From an uncultured Chloroflexia bacterium (GTDB lineage Bacteria > Chloroflexota > Limnocylindria > Limnocylindrales > CSP1-4), in contig CAWEZH010000003.1 of NCBI GenBank assembly GCA_963813535.1, positions 896,001 through 960,000 on the forward strand: a DNA stretch of 64,000 nt, read 5' to 3'. Each line of letters opens with the position of its first letter. Positions within the stretch are counted from its first letter, which is position 1. A model generated the notes under the pieces. That model was not told where the DNA came from. It ran no database searches and worked only from the letters and a program-made list of their open reading frames with translations. A program made the position numbers and the translations under genes. Positions 28,063-38,168 of this stretch are shown here, piece after piece.

Positions 28063-29315
28063 TCACTTATCCACTCCGCCCATGATCGGGTCGAGGACGC
28101 CATGACCGCCATCGTGTCCGCGACCAAGTGCCCGGGCATGAGGACGCCGACCGACTGAAGGTGCAGGAACGACGGGTCGTGGATGCGCATCCGGAACGGC
28201 TGGTCGGTCCCGTCGCTGATGGCGTATGTCCCGTACTGGCCGCGCGGCGCCTCGATGCCGACGTACGCGCGTCCCGGACGCGGCCGGAGGAGCCGCGGCA
28301 GCTTGGCCATGATCGGACCGTCCGGCATCTGGTGGAGACACTGGTCGATGATCCGCAGGCTCTGCTTGATCTCGTCCATCCGCAGTAGATAGCGGGCCAG
28401 GCAGTCGCCCTCCGTCCGCGTCGGGATGTCGAAGTCCAGCTCCGGATAGATCGAATACGGGTGCGCGCGGCGCATGTCGAACGGCACGCCCGTCGCCCGC
28501 AGGTTCGGCCCACTCATGGTCATCCGGAGCGCCGTCTTCGAGTCGATCGTGCCCAGGCCCCGCATCCGGCGGACGAAGATCTCGTTCTCGTTGAGCAGCG
28601 CGTTACCGGCCTCGATCTGCTCGGTCGCGTGACCCATCCAGTCGCCGAGCCGGCTCATGAACTCGTGGTTCAGGTCGCCGTTGACGCCGCCGATGCGGAA
28701 GTAGTTGAAGAGCATCCGCTGACCGGTCAGCGAGGCGAGCATCTCGACGATCTCGTCGCGTTCGATGAACGACCACAGGATCGGTGTGAGTCCGCCGAGG
28801 TCGAGTGCCATCCAGCCCAGGAACAGGGCGTGGCTGGCGACCCGGTTCAGCTCGCCAGACAGCACGCGGATGTACTCCGCGCGCCGGGGCACCTCGACGT
28901 CGAGCAGCTTCTCGAACGCCATGACGCCGGGCCATTCGCAGAAGAGGGAGCTGACGTATTCGAGGGGGTCGAGGTAGCAGATCGCCTGGTGGTAATCGGC
29001 GTTCTCGCACAGCTTCTCGACGCCGCGATGGAGGTAGCCGAGGACCGGATCGAGGTCGACGACCTTCTCGCCGTCGAGCTTGAGCACGACGCGCAGCACG
29101 CCGTGGGTCGAGGGATGCTGCGGTCCCATGTTGAGGAACATCTCGCCATCGCGGAGCGTGTAGAACTCGGCCTCGCGCTCGGTCCGCGGCGGGTACGGCG
29201 GGATGGGCTCGAAGACACCCGCGTCCTGGTCGAGCTTGATGCGCGGGTCGTCCGGCGAGCCGGCGAAGAACTCGTCGTGCTGCTGGGCACCGGGCCGGGG
29301 CGTGGTCGTGGTCAT
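28063..29315 (-). CDS. nuoD: NADH-quinone oxidoreductase subunit D (frameshift near 28095, probably an assembly error)
   Basis: NMGPQHPSTHGVLR, GYLHRGVEK and EAPRG. The expected end LDPIMGGVDK* is in the alternative frame ending at 28063. Confidence 0.93.
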
Positions 29316-29334
29316 CGCAGGTCCTTCATACCCG

Positions 29335-29883
29335 TCACGCGCCGATGCGCCGGACGGTTCCGGCCTTCGGGGTCACGCGTGGCTGTTGGGTGCGCTCCAT
29401 GGGCCGGACGCCGGCACCGGGCGATCGGGCGGCGTCGTCGGCGAGGTAGAAGTCCTTCCGAAGCGGGAAGCTCTGGTAGTCGGGTGGCATGTAGATGCGG
29501 CGCAGGTCGCGGTTGCCCTCGAACGTGATACCGAACATGTCGTACGCCTCGCGCTCCATCCACTCGGCGCCCTTCCACATGAAGGTCACCGATGGGACTC
29601 GCGGATCCTCGCGCGACAGGCCGTCGGCGATGACCCGCAGCCAGTCGGGCGTCGTCGGGCTCCAGAGGTGGTAGACGACCTGCATGACCTCGCCGGTGTC
29701 GACGCCGCACAGGTCGGCGAGGAACTCGAACGCGAATTCGGGTTCGTCGTGCAGCGACGTGATCACGGGCACGACGTCGCCGGCGCCGATCCTGATCTCG
29801 GTCTCGTCATGTCGCTGTCGGACCGGCCCCGTCAGCTGCTCACCGAAGCGCCGCTCGAGGCGTGCCTTGAATGCGCGATCCAT
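29335..29883 (-). CDS. nuoC: NADH-quinone oxidoreductase subunit C
   Basis: DLCGVD and W.GAEWMEREAYDMFGI.F.G..DLRRI..P....FPLRKDF motifs. Confidence 0.93.
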   Translation of the reverse strand: MDRAFKARLERRFGEQLTGPVRQRHDETEIRIGAGDVVPVITSLHDEPEFAFEFLADLCGVDTGEVMQVVYHLWSPTTPDWLRVIADGLSREDPRVPSVTFMWKGAEWMEREAYDMFGITFEGNRDLRRIYMPPDYQSFPLRKDFYLADDAARSPGAGVRPMERTQQPRVTPKAGTVRRIGA

Positions 29884-29885
29884 GA

Positions 29886-30644
29886 TCAGACTTCGGCGGG
29901 GACGGTCGGCCCGATCGGCCGCTCGGGCCAGTGGCCGCGCCGATCCTTGATGAGTTGCTGCAGCTTCATCATCCCGAAGATGAGCCCCTCGGGCCGCGGC
30001 GGGCAGCCGGGCACGTAGACATCGACGGGCATGACCCGGTCGATTCCCTCGACTGTCGAGTAGCTCCGCTTGTAGCGGCCCCCCGAGCACGTACAGTCGC
30101 CCATCGCGACGCACCACTTCGGCTCGGGCATCTGCTCCCAGAGACGGACCAGCGGGCCGGCCATCTTGGTGGTGAGCGTGCCGGCGACGATGAGCACGTC
30201 CGCCTGCCGGGGACTCGCCCGGAACGGGAACATGCCCCAGCGGTCCATGTCGTTCTTCGACGTCGCCGCGGACATCATCTCGATCGCGCAGCAGGCCAGA
30301 CCGGACAGCAGGGGCCACAGGCTGTTCATCCGGATCAGGTCCAGGACATAGTCAGCCTTGGTCGGGATGACCTCGAGCGGCCCGCTCCACCGGGCATTGT
30401 CCCGACGGGACTCAGCGCTCGCCTCGAGCTCGGCGAGGTGGGTGATGTCGGTCGGCCGGCCACCGTCATAGGCAGCCGGGTCGGCAGCCTGCCACAGCAT
30501 GTTGGGCACGACGATCGGCGAGATGACGTCGTCGGCCGGCCGCTTTGCGGGCACCGGCGGCTGCGACGGGACGTCCGAGGAGATCTGGGTCGCGTCGGAC
30601 GATCCAGCACCGAGCCCGTCGCGGTTGGCCCTTCTCACCGCCAC
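29886..30644 (-). CDS. nuoB: NADH-quinone oxidoreductase subunit B
   Basis: [28 protein letters not shown] and VPGCPPRPE motifs. There is a long N-terminal extension and the start is uncertain. Confidence 0.93.
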   Translation of the reverse strand: MAVRRANRDGLGAGSSDATQISSDVPSQPPVPAKRPADDVISPIVVPNMLWQAADPAAYDGGRPTDITHLAELEASAESRRDNARWSGPLEVIPTKADYVLDLIRMNSLWPLLSGLACCAIEMMSAATSKNDMDRWGMFPFRASPRQADVLIVAGTLTTKMAGPLVRLWEQMPEPKWCVAMGDCTCSGGRYKRSYSTVEGIDRVMPVDVYVPGCPPRPEGLIFGMMKLQQLIKDRRGHWPERPIGPTVPAEV

Positions 30645-31000
30645 GTCAGGGCTCCCTTCCGCCAGGCATACGCGAGGCCAAGCAGGAGGATCACGACGAA
30701 CACGACCATGCTGATGAACAGCCCGGCCGGGTTGAGGCTCGGGTCCTTGAACACGATGGCCCAGAGGTAGATGAAGATCACCTCGATGTCGAACGCGACG
30801 AACAGCAGCGCGTAGATGTAGAACGACAGCCCGAACCGTCCGTGGGTATCGCCGTACGTGTCGATGCCCGACTCGTACGGGAGGCCCTTGTGCACGTCGC
30901 CTTTGTTCCGATGGGAGACGAGCCACGCCGCGGCGATCGTCCCGAACACGAACGTCACGCCGGCGAAGGCGAAGCCCACGACGTACCAGAGCTGTTCCAA
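30635..31000 (-). CDS. nuoA: NADH-quinone oxidoreductase subunit A
   Basis: [17 protein letters not shown] and [10 protein letters not shown] motifs. Confidence 0.95.
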   Translation of the reverse strand: MEQLWYVVGFAFAGVTFVFGTIAAAWLVSHRNKGDVHKGLPYESGIDTYGDTHGRFGLSFYIYALLFVAFDIEVIFIYLWAIVFKDPSLNPAGLFISMVVFVVILLLGLAYAWRKGALTWR

Positions 31001-31071
31001 TCGAACTCCCTTCGGGGACCGTTCAAGAGGCGGCGGGCAGGGTCGGCTCTGCGGAGCCTCCTCGCACGCTC

Positions 31072-31080
31072 ATTCTATCA
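31072..31080 (-). promoter_or_regulatory. Putative extended -10 promoter of the nuo operon
   Basis: TGaTAGAAT about 70 nt upstream of nuoA. Confidence 0.5.
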
Positions 31081-31364
31081 GCGGGCACGGTCTGACCGGG
31101 CTCGTGACGGGTCCCGGCGGAACGGCGCACGGCGACCGCGCGACCGCGGCCGGGCGTGCACGGATCGACAGAGGAGGGAGTCGATCCGGATCGGTCGCGC
31201 GGGAGGGCGGTACCGGCGTCCGGCACCGCGAGCACCGCTGCGGGGAGCGCGACGCGCCGAGCGCGCGTGCAGGTTCACGTCGCGCTCCCCGTCGCGATGC
31301 GGTCGTGCGACGACCATGGTCAGCGTGACGGTCCGCCGTGTCCGGGAGCAATACGGCATTCGCC

Positions 31365-32564
31365 CTAGTCGGCAGCGCCTCGCGTGCCTCGCGGGAGACG
31401 ATACGCGAGGACCCTGAGCGGGGCATCGGGCGGCCACGCGCGACCGAACACCATGACCCGGAACCGACCCATCGCGGCAGGGTCGAGCAGACGCATGAGG
31501 GCCGATCGAAGAAGGGTGTAGTCCTCCAACGTCGTGGCCGGGTCCGCCTGGATCTCGCGCAGCCGATCCTCGACGCCGAGACCCATCAGCGCCTCGGCCT
31601 GGGTCGTGATCCCGAGGGTGGTCAGGCCGGCTGCCTCGGCCGCCCGCCGGACCGCGGTCACGTCCACGTGCGCAGTGAGGTCCTGCCGACCGACGAGCCG
31701 GTACGGGTCGTCGCTGACCTGGTGGCGGACATACGCGCGCAGCGTGCCATCCCGGCGACGAAGCGGGTCGTACAACTCCTGGGCGATGGCGCCGTAGTCG
31801 ATCAGGAGCGCGAGTCCGCGGCGCAGTGGCGCGACCGCCGATGCCACCCAGTCGTCGATCGCGAGGCAGATCTCCGCCGTCTGGCCGGTCGCGAGCTCGA
31901 TGCCCTCCGCGTCCAGCCGTGCCGCGAGGTCCGGCGTCGTCGGTTCGACCTCGACCTCGACGAATGCACCGTCCGCCGCGACATCGACGGCGAGCTCGCG
32001 CAGCCCACCCTCCCCGAAGCGGACGCGATGGACCGGCAGCGCGTCGAGCACCTCGTTGGCGATGACTACGCCGTCGAACGGGGCATCGGGCAGGTGGTCG
32101 TCGAGCCGATCGGCCAGCCCGGCTGCCTCGAGTCTCGCGCGCAGCCTCGCCAGGCGTCGGGCGTCGACCTCGATCGGTGCATATCGGATGGCCGGCGGCA
32201 GCGCCCGCAGCAACGGGACGGCCAGTGACCCCTCGCCTGCGCCGTGCTCGACGACGACGAACCGGGCGGGCTCGCCCAAGGCACGCCACGTGTCCTCGAC
32301 CGCCCGCCCGAGCAGCTCGCCGACCATCGGGTGCAGCTCCGGGGCGGTCAGGAAGTCGCCGCCGCGGCCGGGCCGGGCTTCGGCCGAGCGGTAGTAGCCG
32401 CCGTCCGGGTCGTATAGCGCACGCTCCATGAACCGCGCGAACGGCATGGGTCCATCCCGCCGGATCTCGTCCCGGATGCGGTCGGCGAGCACGGCGTTCT
32501 CACGCAGATCCGACAGGTCGATCGGCGCCTCGCGGCGGAGCCCGGGTTCGAGTGGCCTCACCAT
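31365..32564 (-). CDS. SAM-dependent methyltransferase, MidA/NDUFAF7 family
   Basis: GPMPFARFMERALY....GYY, GDFLTAPE, EHGAGEG, IANEVLDALP, IDYG and GRQDLTAHVD motifs. Confidence 0.9.
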   Translation of the reverse strand: MVRPLEPGLRREAPIDLSDLRENAVLADRIRDEIRRDGPMPFARFMERALYDPDGGYYRSAEARPGRGGDFLTAPELHPMVGELLGRAVEDTWRALGEPARFVVVEHGAGEGSLAVPLLRALPPAIRYAPIEVDARRLARLRARLEAAGLADRLDDHLPDAPFDGVVIANEVLDALPVHRVRFGEGGLRELAVDVAADGAFVEVEVEPTTPDLAARLDAEGIELATGQTAEICLAIDDWVASAVAPLRRGLALLIDYGAIAQELYDPLRRRDGTLRAYVRHQVSDDPYRLVGRQDLTAHVDVTAVRRAAEAAGLTTLGITTQAEALMGLGVEDRLREIQADPATTLEDYTLLRSALMRLLDPAAMGRFRVMVFGRAWPPDAPLRVLAYRLPRGTRGAAD

Positions 32565-32570
32565 CGGATG

Positions 32571-33617
32571 CTAGCGGTGCCCATCGAGCGCCAGCTGCAG
32601 GCCCGGTCCGACCAGCGTGTGACCACCGAGCATGATCGGGATCGGCGCCTCGGCGGCCGAGATGGTCAGGGCGCGTAGCCACGGGTCAGCGATCCGGGAC
32701 CCGAGCAGGAGGTCCGAAGCGAAGCGGTCCTCCGGAACGGGCCAGCCTGTCTCGTCGGCCCCGACGTGGTGCGCCAGCAGGACCCGACTGTCGATGATCG
32801 CGGCATCCGCCAGCTGCGCGACGTGCCCAGCGAACGACGCTGGCCCATCCCGCTCCAGGAGCGCACCGAGCACCGAGGCCGCGGGCCGCTGACCGGGCCG
32901 CCGCGTGCGGAGCCCGCGCTCCTCGATGAGGGCTCGTGTCCGCGACGCGGTGCGGGCTTCCAGCCAGCCGAGGTTCGCGGCCGACACCCGCCCGGCGATC
33001 AGGAGCTCGGCGTTCGGGTCATCGACCACGGCCCGGACGCCGTCCATCGCTCGACGCGTCGCCTCGGTATCGGACGCGTCGAGCTGCGATGCCCATCGAC
33101 CGCCGAGGAGCACGAGGTCGAGCGGGCCGTCGATGTCGATGCCGAGACGCCGTCGGCCGCGCCGGTCGTCGACGGGCACGCCGGCGACCTCGTCGAGCCA
33201 GCGTGGTAGCGCGTTGTCGGTGGCCAGGTCGGGGAGGTCGGCGAGGGCCGTGCGGGCGCAGGCGACGGCGACGACATCGGCCGAATACCGATTGTTGGCC
33301 AGCGCTTGCGGCTGGGGCGCCGCGGCGGCCGCAACCAGCTCCCGGAGGTCGGCCGCGGTCGCGAGCGGGACCGCGCCCGAACCGAGGACCACGAGCCCGC
33401 CATCGCCGATCTCGGCGACGAGCTCGCGAAGCCGCGCACCGAACGGTCGCCCAGCCGCCCGGTCCGTGTGGAGCCGGACCCGCGTCGCACCGGCGGCGAG
33501 GAAGGCACGTCGGTGCCGATCGGCGAGACGCAGTCGGGCGGCCGCGGTCGCGACGCTCAGCGGGCCGGCATCCGGATCCGGCGCAGCATGCAGGATCGCG
33601 ACATCGACCTCGGTCAC
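32571..33617 (-). CDS. CofC-like / GT-A-fold nucleotidyltransferase-like protein
   Basis: FGARL..L, GSGAVPL, NNRYSAD, TDNAL and DIDGPLDL (CofC-like DxDxxxDL). Confidence 0.5.
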   Translation of the reverse strand: MTEVDVAILHAAPDPDAGPLSVATAAARLRLADRHRRAFLAAGATRVRLHTDRAAGRPFGARLRELVAEIGDGGLVVLGSGAVPLATAADLRELVAAAAAPQPQALANNRYSADVVAVACARTALADLPDLATDNALPRWLDEVAGVPVDDRRGRRRLGIDIDGPLDLVLLGGRWASQLDASDTEATRRAMDGVRAVVDDPNAELLIAGRVSAANLGWLEARTASRTRALIEERGLRTRRPGQRPAASVLGALLERDGPASFAGHVAQLADAAIIDSRVLLAHHVGADETGWPVPEDRFASDLLLGSRIADPWLRALTISAAEAPIPIMLGGHTLVGPGLQLALDGHR

Positions 33618-33708
33618 GGGACGCCGAGGACCTGCGCAGGCAAGGCGGTCTCGACACGGCCCGTCGAGCTGGGATCCGGGGTCATCGCCGGATAGTAAGG
33701 TGCCCTCG

Positions 33709-34344
33709 ATGAGCCGCCGTCGGACCGTTCGCGCGTACGTCGGCCTCGGCGCGAACCTCGGCGATGCCGCACGATCGCTGGCGGCCGCCGTCACATCCCT
33801 CGAGGCGCTGCCGGGAGTCTCGGTCCGCGGGGTCTCGCGCCTCTATGCGACGGCGCCGTGGGGCGTCACGGACCAGCCCGAGTTCCGCAACGCCGCCGCC
33901 CGCCTCGACGTCTCCGCGGCGACCGGCGTTCCAGAGAGGGCCGCGCTCGACCTGCTCGGGCAGCTCAAGACGATCGAGCGTGGCGCGGGTCGCCAGCCTC
34001 GAGACCGCTGGGGACCGCGTGAGCTCGACCTGGACCTCCTGATCTTCGGCCGCCATCGGATCGACGTCGAGCGGTCGCCGCCCGCCCGCTCCGTCGACGC
34101 CGAGACCGATCCGGCGAAGGCCGCCAAGCGGCTGCAGGTCCCGCATCGGGACCTCGGGGAGCGGCTGTTCGTCCTGGCGCCGCTCGCCGACCTCGCCCCC
34201 CGGCTCGTGCCGCCCGGTTGGTCCGAGACGGTCGAGAGACGCCGCCGAAAGGTCGCTGCATCCGAGCCTCCGGGGAGTGTCAGGATCGTCGGGGAATGGC
34301 AGCCGGATCTGGGTGCGTGGCGTGCGCCGAGGCCGGGCGCATGA
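33709..34344 (+). CDS. folK: 2-amino-4-hydroxy-6-hydroxymethyldihydropteridine pyrophosphokinase
   Basis: AYVGLGANLGD, QPEFRNA, GR....WGPRELDLDLL and VPH..L.ER.FVL.PL motifs. Confidence 0.93.
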   Translation: MSRRRTVRAYVGLGANLGDAARSLAAAVTSLEALPGVSVRGVSRLYATAPWGVTDQPEFRNAAARLDVSAATGVPERAALDLLGQLKTIERGAGRQPRDRWGPRELDLDLLIFGRHRIDVERSPPARSVDAETDPAKAAKRLQVPHRDLGERLFVLAPLADLAPRLVPPGWSETVERRRRKVAASEPPGSVRIVGEWQPDLGAWRAPRPGA

Positions 34345-34358
34345 CGGGGCAGCTCGGG

Positions 34359-35630
34359 TCAGGCCGTCTGACGAAGCGCGTCGACGGCGCGGACCACGTC
34401 CTCGAACGAGCTGTACAACGGCACCGGTGCCAGCCGGATGAGGTCCGGCTCGCGGACGTCCGCGACCACGTCGTACGCCTCGAGGGCAGTCGCCCGGCCG
34501 TGCGCATCGGCCACGCGCAGCGTCAACTGCGCACCACGCTGGGCCGGGTCGCGCGGCGTCACGATCGTGGCATCGGGCACGAGCACGTCCACCAGTCGCT
34601 CGAGCTCGCCGGTCAACGTGAGGGACCGCTCCCGCAGCGCCGGCATCCCGACTTCATCGAACATCGCCAGTGAGACCGCGATCGGCGCGAGCGACAGGAT
34701 GGGCGGGGTGGAGATCCGGAAACCGTCTGCGCCGGGGCCCGGCTCGAATGTCTCCGCCATCCGGAAGCGGGTCGACGGCTCGTTGCCCCACCACCCGGCG
34801 AGCCGCGGCGTCTGCGCGTCGGTCGCGTGGCGTTCGTGGATGAACACCTGTGCGAGCGCTCCCGGCCCGCTGTTCAGGTACTTGTAGGTGCACCACGCGG
34901 CCGCGTCGACGTCGTCGTCGTGGAGCCGCAGCGGGATGTTGCCGGCCGCGTGCGCCAGGTCCCAGATCGCGATCGCGCCAGCAGCGCGCGCCGCGGCCGT
35001 GTGACGACGGATGTCGAACGCCTGGCCCGTCGCGTAGTTCACGCCGGCCAGCAGCACGACGGCCAGCTCGTCGCGGTGCCGATCGATCGTCTCGTCGAGG
35101 TCGTCCGGTCGCACGACATCCTCACCCGGGCGCGGTCGGACGACGATCAGGTCGGCCGCCGGATCGAGCCCGTGATGGCGGAGCTGCGACTCGACGACAT
35201 AGCGATCTGACGGGAACGTGGGGGCATCGATGAGGATCCGTCGGCGGGTCCCGCCAGGCCGGAAGAGCGACGAGAGCAGCAGGTGCAGGTCGATGCTGAG
35301 CGTGTTGGCCGTGGTGACCTCGGATGGCGCCGCCCCGACGAGACGTCCGGTGGCCGGGGCGAGCTCTCGCTCGACGTCGATCCAGGGTCGCTCCGGGTAG
35401 AACCAGGCGTCGACGCCGAGACGCGCCCAGGCCTCGAGGCGCTCCTCGACGGCCGCCCGCGCGGCGACGGGCTGGGCGCCCAGACTCTGTCCTGCGAGGT
35501 AGGCCTTCGGACGGCCGTCCCGGCCGATCGGCAGCTGGAAGCGCTCGCGCAGCGAGCGCGTCGGATCGGCGCGGTCGCGTCGGATGGCCTCGGCGCGCTC
35601 GGCCTCGATCGCCGTCGGCGTCGAGGTCAC
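34359..35630 (-). CDS. kynU: Kynureninase
   Basis: YLAGQSLG, FPSDRY, WDLAHAAGN, WCTYKYLNSGPG, GWWG and RLAPVPLY motifs. Confidence 0.92.
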   Translation of the reverse strand: MTSTPTAIEAERAEAIRRDRADPTRSLRERFQLPIGRDGRPKAYLAGQSLGAQPVAARAAVEERLEAWARLGVDAWFYPERPWIDVERELAPATGRLVGAAPSEVTTANTLSIDLHLLLSSLFRPGGTRRRILIDAPTFPSDRYVVESQLRHHGLDPAADLIVVRPRPGEDVVRPDDLDETIDRHRDELAVVLLAGVNYATGQAFDIRRHTAAARAAGAIAIWDLAHAAGNIPLRLHDDDVDAAAWCTYKYLNSGPGALAQVFIHERHATDAQTPRLAGWWGNEPSTRFRMAETFEPGPGADGFRISTPPILSLAPIAVSLAMFDEVGMPALRERSLTLTGELERLVDVLVPDATIVTPRDPAQRGAQLTLRVADAHGRATALEAYDVVADVREPDLIRLAPVPLYSSFEDVVRAVDALRQTA

Positions 35631-37051
35631 GCCTGGGAAACCTCCCCGGCCGCCAGGCGAGCGGCGACATCAGGGATCCCGCCACGCTCCACGACACGGA
35701 CCGGGTGGCCCTGCGCTTCGACCAGGCCGGCGGCGATCAGCGCGCGACTGCCGGACCGGCAGGCGATCGTCACCGGGGCGCCCGCCGGTAGCGCGGTGGC
35801 GTCGCCCGCGATGAGCCGCGGGAGCGACAGCTCGACGGCGTCCTCGATCCGGCCCTCGTCGCGGAGCTCGGCGGGGTCGCGCACGTCGAGGACGATCGGG
35901 GGTCGATCCGAGCGCAGCTCGTCGGCGAGGGCTCCGGCCGTGATCGTCGGCATCTCGACGATCGGGCGCCCCGAGGCAGCCCAGGCATCGACCCCGCCCT
36001 CGAGCACACCCAGCAGCCGGTCGAATCCGATCCGCACGAGCTGGTCGACCGCCTCGTCGGCGGCCCCCGCCCGCTCCGATAGCACGAGGACGAGTGGCGT
36101 TCCGACCGGCAGGATCCAGCCGACGTACGACGCGAACGTGTCGCCGAGCTCGATCGTCAGCGAGCCCGGGATGTGGCCGGCCGTCACCGCGCGGCGGGGG
36201 CGTCCGTCGACGAGGCGGGCACCGCCACCGAGCGCGGCGCTGACCGCATCCGGGTCCAGCCGCGCCAGATCGGGGCGCCGGCCCAGGACCGCCGGTCCGG
36301 TCCGGTTCATCGGACCCATCTCGGCGTAGTAGGCCGGATAGGGTGCGAACCCCGCGACGAGCCGAGCGCGGAACGTCGCGGCGTCGCCGATGGCGAACAG
36401 GGGGTTCGAACGCCGCTCGTCGCCGATGGTCGACGTCGGCTCCTCGTGCATCGGCCCGGCGGCGCAGAAGCTGCCGGATCCGTGGGTCGGCCATACGGCG
36501 ACATCGTCCGGGAGACGCGCGAGTGCCCGGAGCGAGTCGAACTGCTGGAGCGTGAGCGCGTCGGTCGAATCGTCCCCGAGCAGGTCGGTCCGCCCGACGC
36601 TGCCGATGAGCAGGGATCCGCCGGTCAGGACCGCGATGGGAACCCCGTTCGACGCGGACTCCTCGAGGTCGTGGACCTCCCAGGCGAGGTGCTCCGGCGT
36701 ATGGCCGGGGGTCGCCCGTGCCCGCAGCCGGACGCCACCGAGCTCGATCTGGTCGTCCGCGTCGACCGGCTGGTGGTCGAACGCATAGCGACCGCGCGCG
36801 GGCGCGTAGATCGATGCCCGATCGGCCGCGGCGAGCTCGAGCGCTCCCGACAGGTAGTCGTTGTGGACATGGGTCTCGACGACCGTCCGCAGCCGCCAGC
36901 CCCGGCGGTCGACGACCTCGCGGACCCGCCACGCGTCCCGTGGTGGATCGACGACCAGCGCCTCCCCGTCGGAGGCGAGGACGTAGGTCGAATTGCCCAA
37001 GCCCCGAGTGCGCAGGATCTCGACATCCATTCGGCGCTCATCATCGGACAT
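35627..37051 (-). CDS. MBL-fold hydrolase with two rhodanese domains (persulfide dioxygenase/sulfurtransferase type)
   Basis: ETHVHNDYLSG, TPGHTPEH, GRTDL and HGSGSFC motifs; CRSGSR active-site loop. Confidence 0.88.
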   Translation of the reverse strand: MSDDERRMDVEILRTRGLGNSTYVLASDGEALVVDPPRDAWRVREVVDRRGWRLRTVVETHVHNDYLSGALELAAADRASIYAPARGRYAFDHQPVDADDQIELGGVRLRARATPGHTPEHLAWEVHDLEESASNGVPIAVLTGGSLLIGSVGRTDLLGDDSTDALTLQQFDSLRALARLPDDVAVWPTHGSGSFCAAGPMHEEPTSTIGDERRSNPLFAIGDAATFRARLVAGFAPYPAYYAEMGPMNRTGPAVLGRRPDLARLDPDAVSAALGGGARLVDGRPRRAVTAGHIPGSLTIELGDTFASYVGWILPVGTPLVLVLSERAGAADEAVDQLVRIGFDRLLGVLEGGVDAWAASGRPIVEMPTITAGALADELRSDRPPIVLDVRDPAELRDEGRIEDAVELSLPRLIAGDATALPAGAPVTIACRSGSRALIAAGLVEAQGHPVRVVERGGIPDVAARLAAGEVSQA

Positions 37052-37143
37052 GGCGTCCAGCGTGCGCGGGCCGTTGGGCGATACTTGCACCTTCACGGCT
37101 GCAGTGCCGTCCCGGAACGCTCGCAAGGAGACGCCCGAATCGG

Positions 37144-38143
37144 ATGACGACGATCGGCTACGCCGCGATGATGGAGCAGTTCCATCCGAACGACCTCGTC
37201 GACTGGTGCGCCCAGGCGGAGGCGGCCGGTTTCGAGGCCGGCTTCATGGTCTCGGAGCACTTCCACCCCTGGACACCCGAGCAGGGCCAGAGCGGCTTCG
37301 CGTGGGCCTTCATGGGCGCGCTCGGCCAGCGCACGTCGCTGCGCTTCGGGACGGCCGTCACGTGCCCGGGCTTCCGCTACCACCCCGCGGTCATCGCCCA
37401 TGCCGCGGCGACGCTTGGGGCGATGTATCCCGGCCGCTTCTATCTCGGGCTCGGTGCAGGGCGAGGCCCTCAACGAGCACGTCGTCGCCCCGGTCTGGCC
37501 GGAAGTTCCGATCCGCAGCGCGATGATGTTCGAGGCTGTCGAGGTCATCTCGAAGCTGTTCAGCGGTGACGTGGTGCGTCACGACGGCAAGTACTTCACC
37601 CTCGAGCGGGCCAAGCTGTACACCCGTCCCCCGGACGACCAGCGCGTGCCGATCTACGTCGCCACGGCCGGCCCGGTCAACGCCAAGAAGACCGGCAAGT
37701 TCGCGGACGGGATCATCACGGTCGGTGCCGCCGACGAGAAGATGGAGATGATCTGGGGCAAGTTCGAGGAGGGTCGAGCCGAGGCCGGCAAGGATCCCAA
37801 GACGGGTCCCAAGATGCTCCAGATCCACATCTCGTGGGCACCCACCGAGGAGGCGGCCATGGAGAACGCCATGGTCGAGTGGCCCAACGGCGGTATGGCC
37901 TTCTTCCCGAAGCAGGACATCAAGAACCCGGAGGACTTCGCCGGGATCGCCAAGCTCGTCCGCCCGGAGGACTTCAAGAACCGGGTCATGATCAGCAGCG
38001 ATCTCGAGGCCCATACGCGCCATATCCAGCATTACGTGGACATGGGCTACGACGAGGTCCACCTCCATAACGTCGGGCGGAACCAGGCCGAGTTCATCGA
38101 GGTCTTCGGCAAGGAGGTCCTGCCCAACCTGCGCCTCGGCTAG
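37144..38143 (+). CDS. LLM class F420-dependent oxidoreductase (G6PDH/TIGR03557-like); frameshift near 37459
   Basis: EQF.P, SEHFHPW and GTAVTCP..RYHPA; LGLGAG|EALNEH is split across two frames. Confidence 0.85.
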
Positions 38144-38168
38144 CCGAGGCGCGTGGTCCGATCCCGCT

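Noticed and set aside
26570-29315. nuoH and nuoD as pseudogenes or programmed frameshifts
   Set aside because: Each has a single indel near the 3' end, with no slippery site or other decay. An assembly error is more parsimonious.
31001-31364. Small ORFs or a riboswitch between midA and nuoA
   Set aside because: The ORFs are low-complexity and motif-free, and only generic GC hairpins and a promoter-like -10 are seen.
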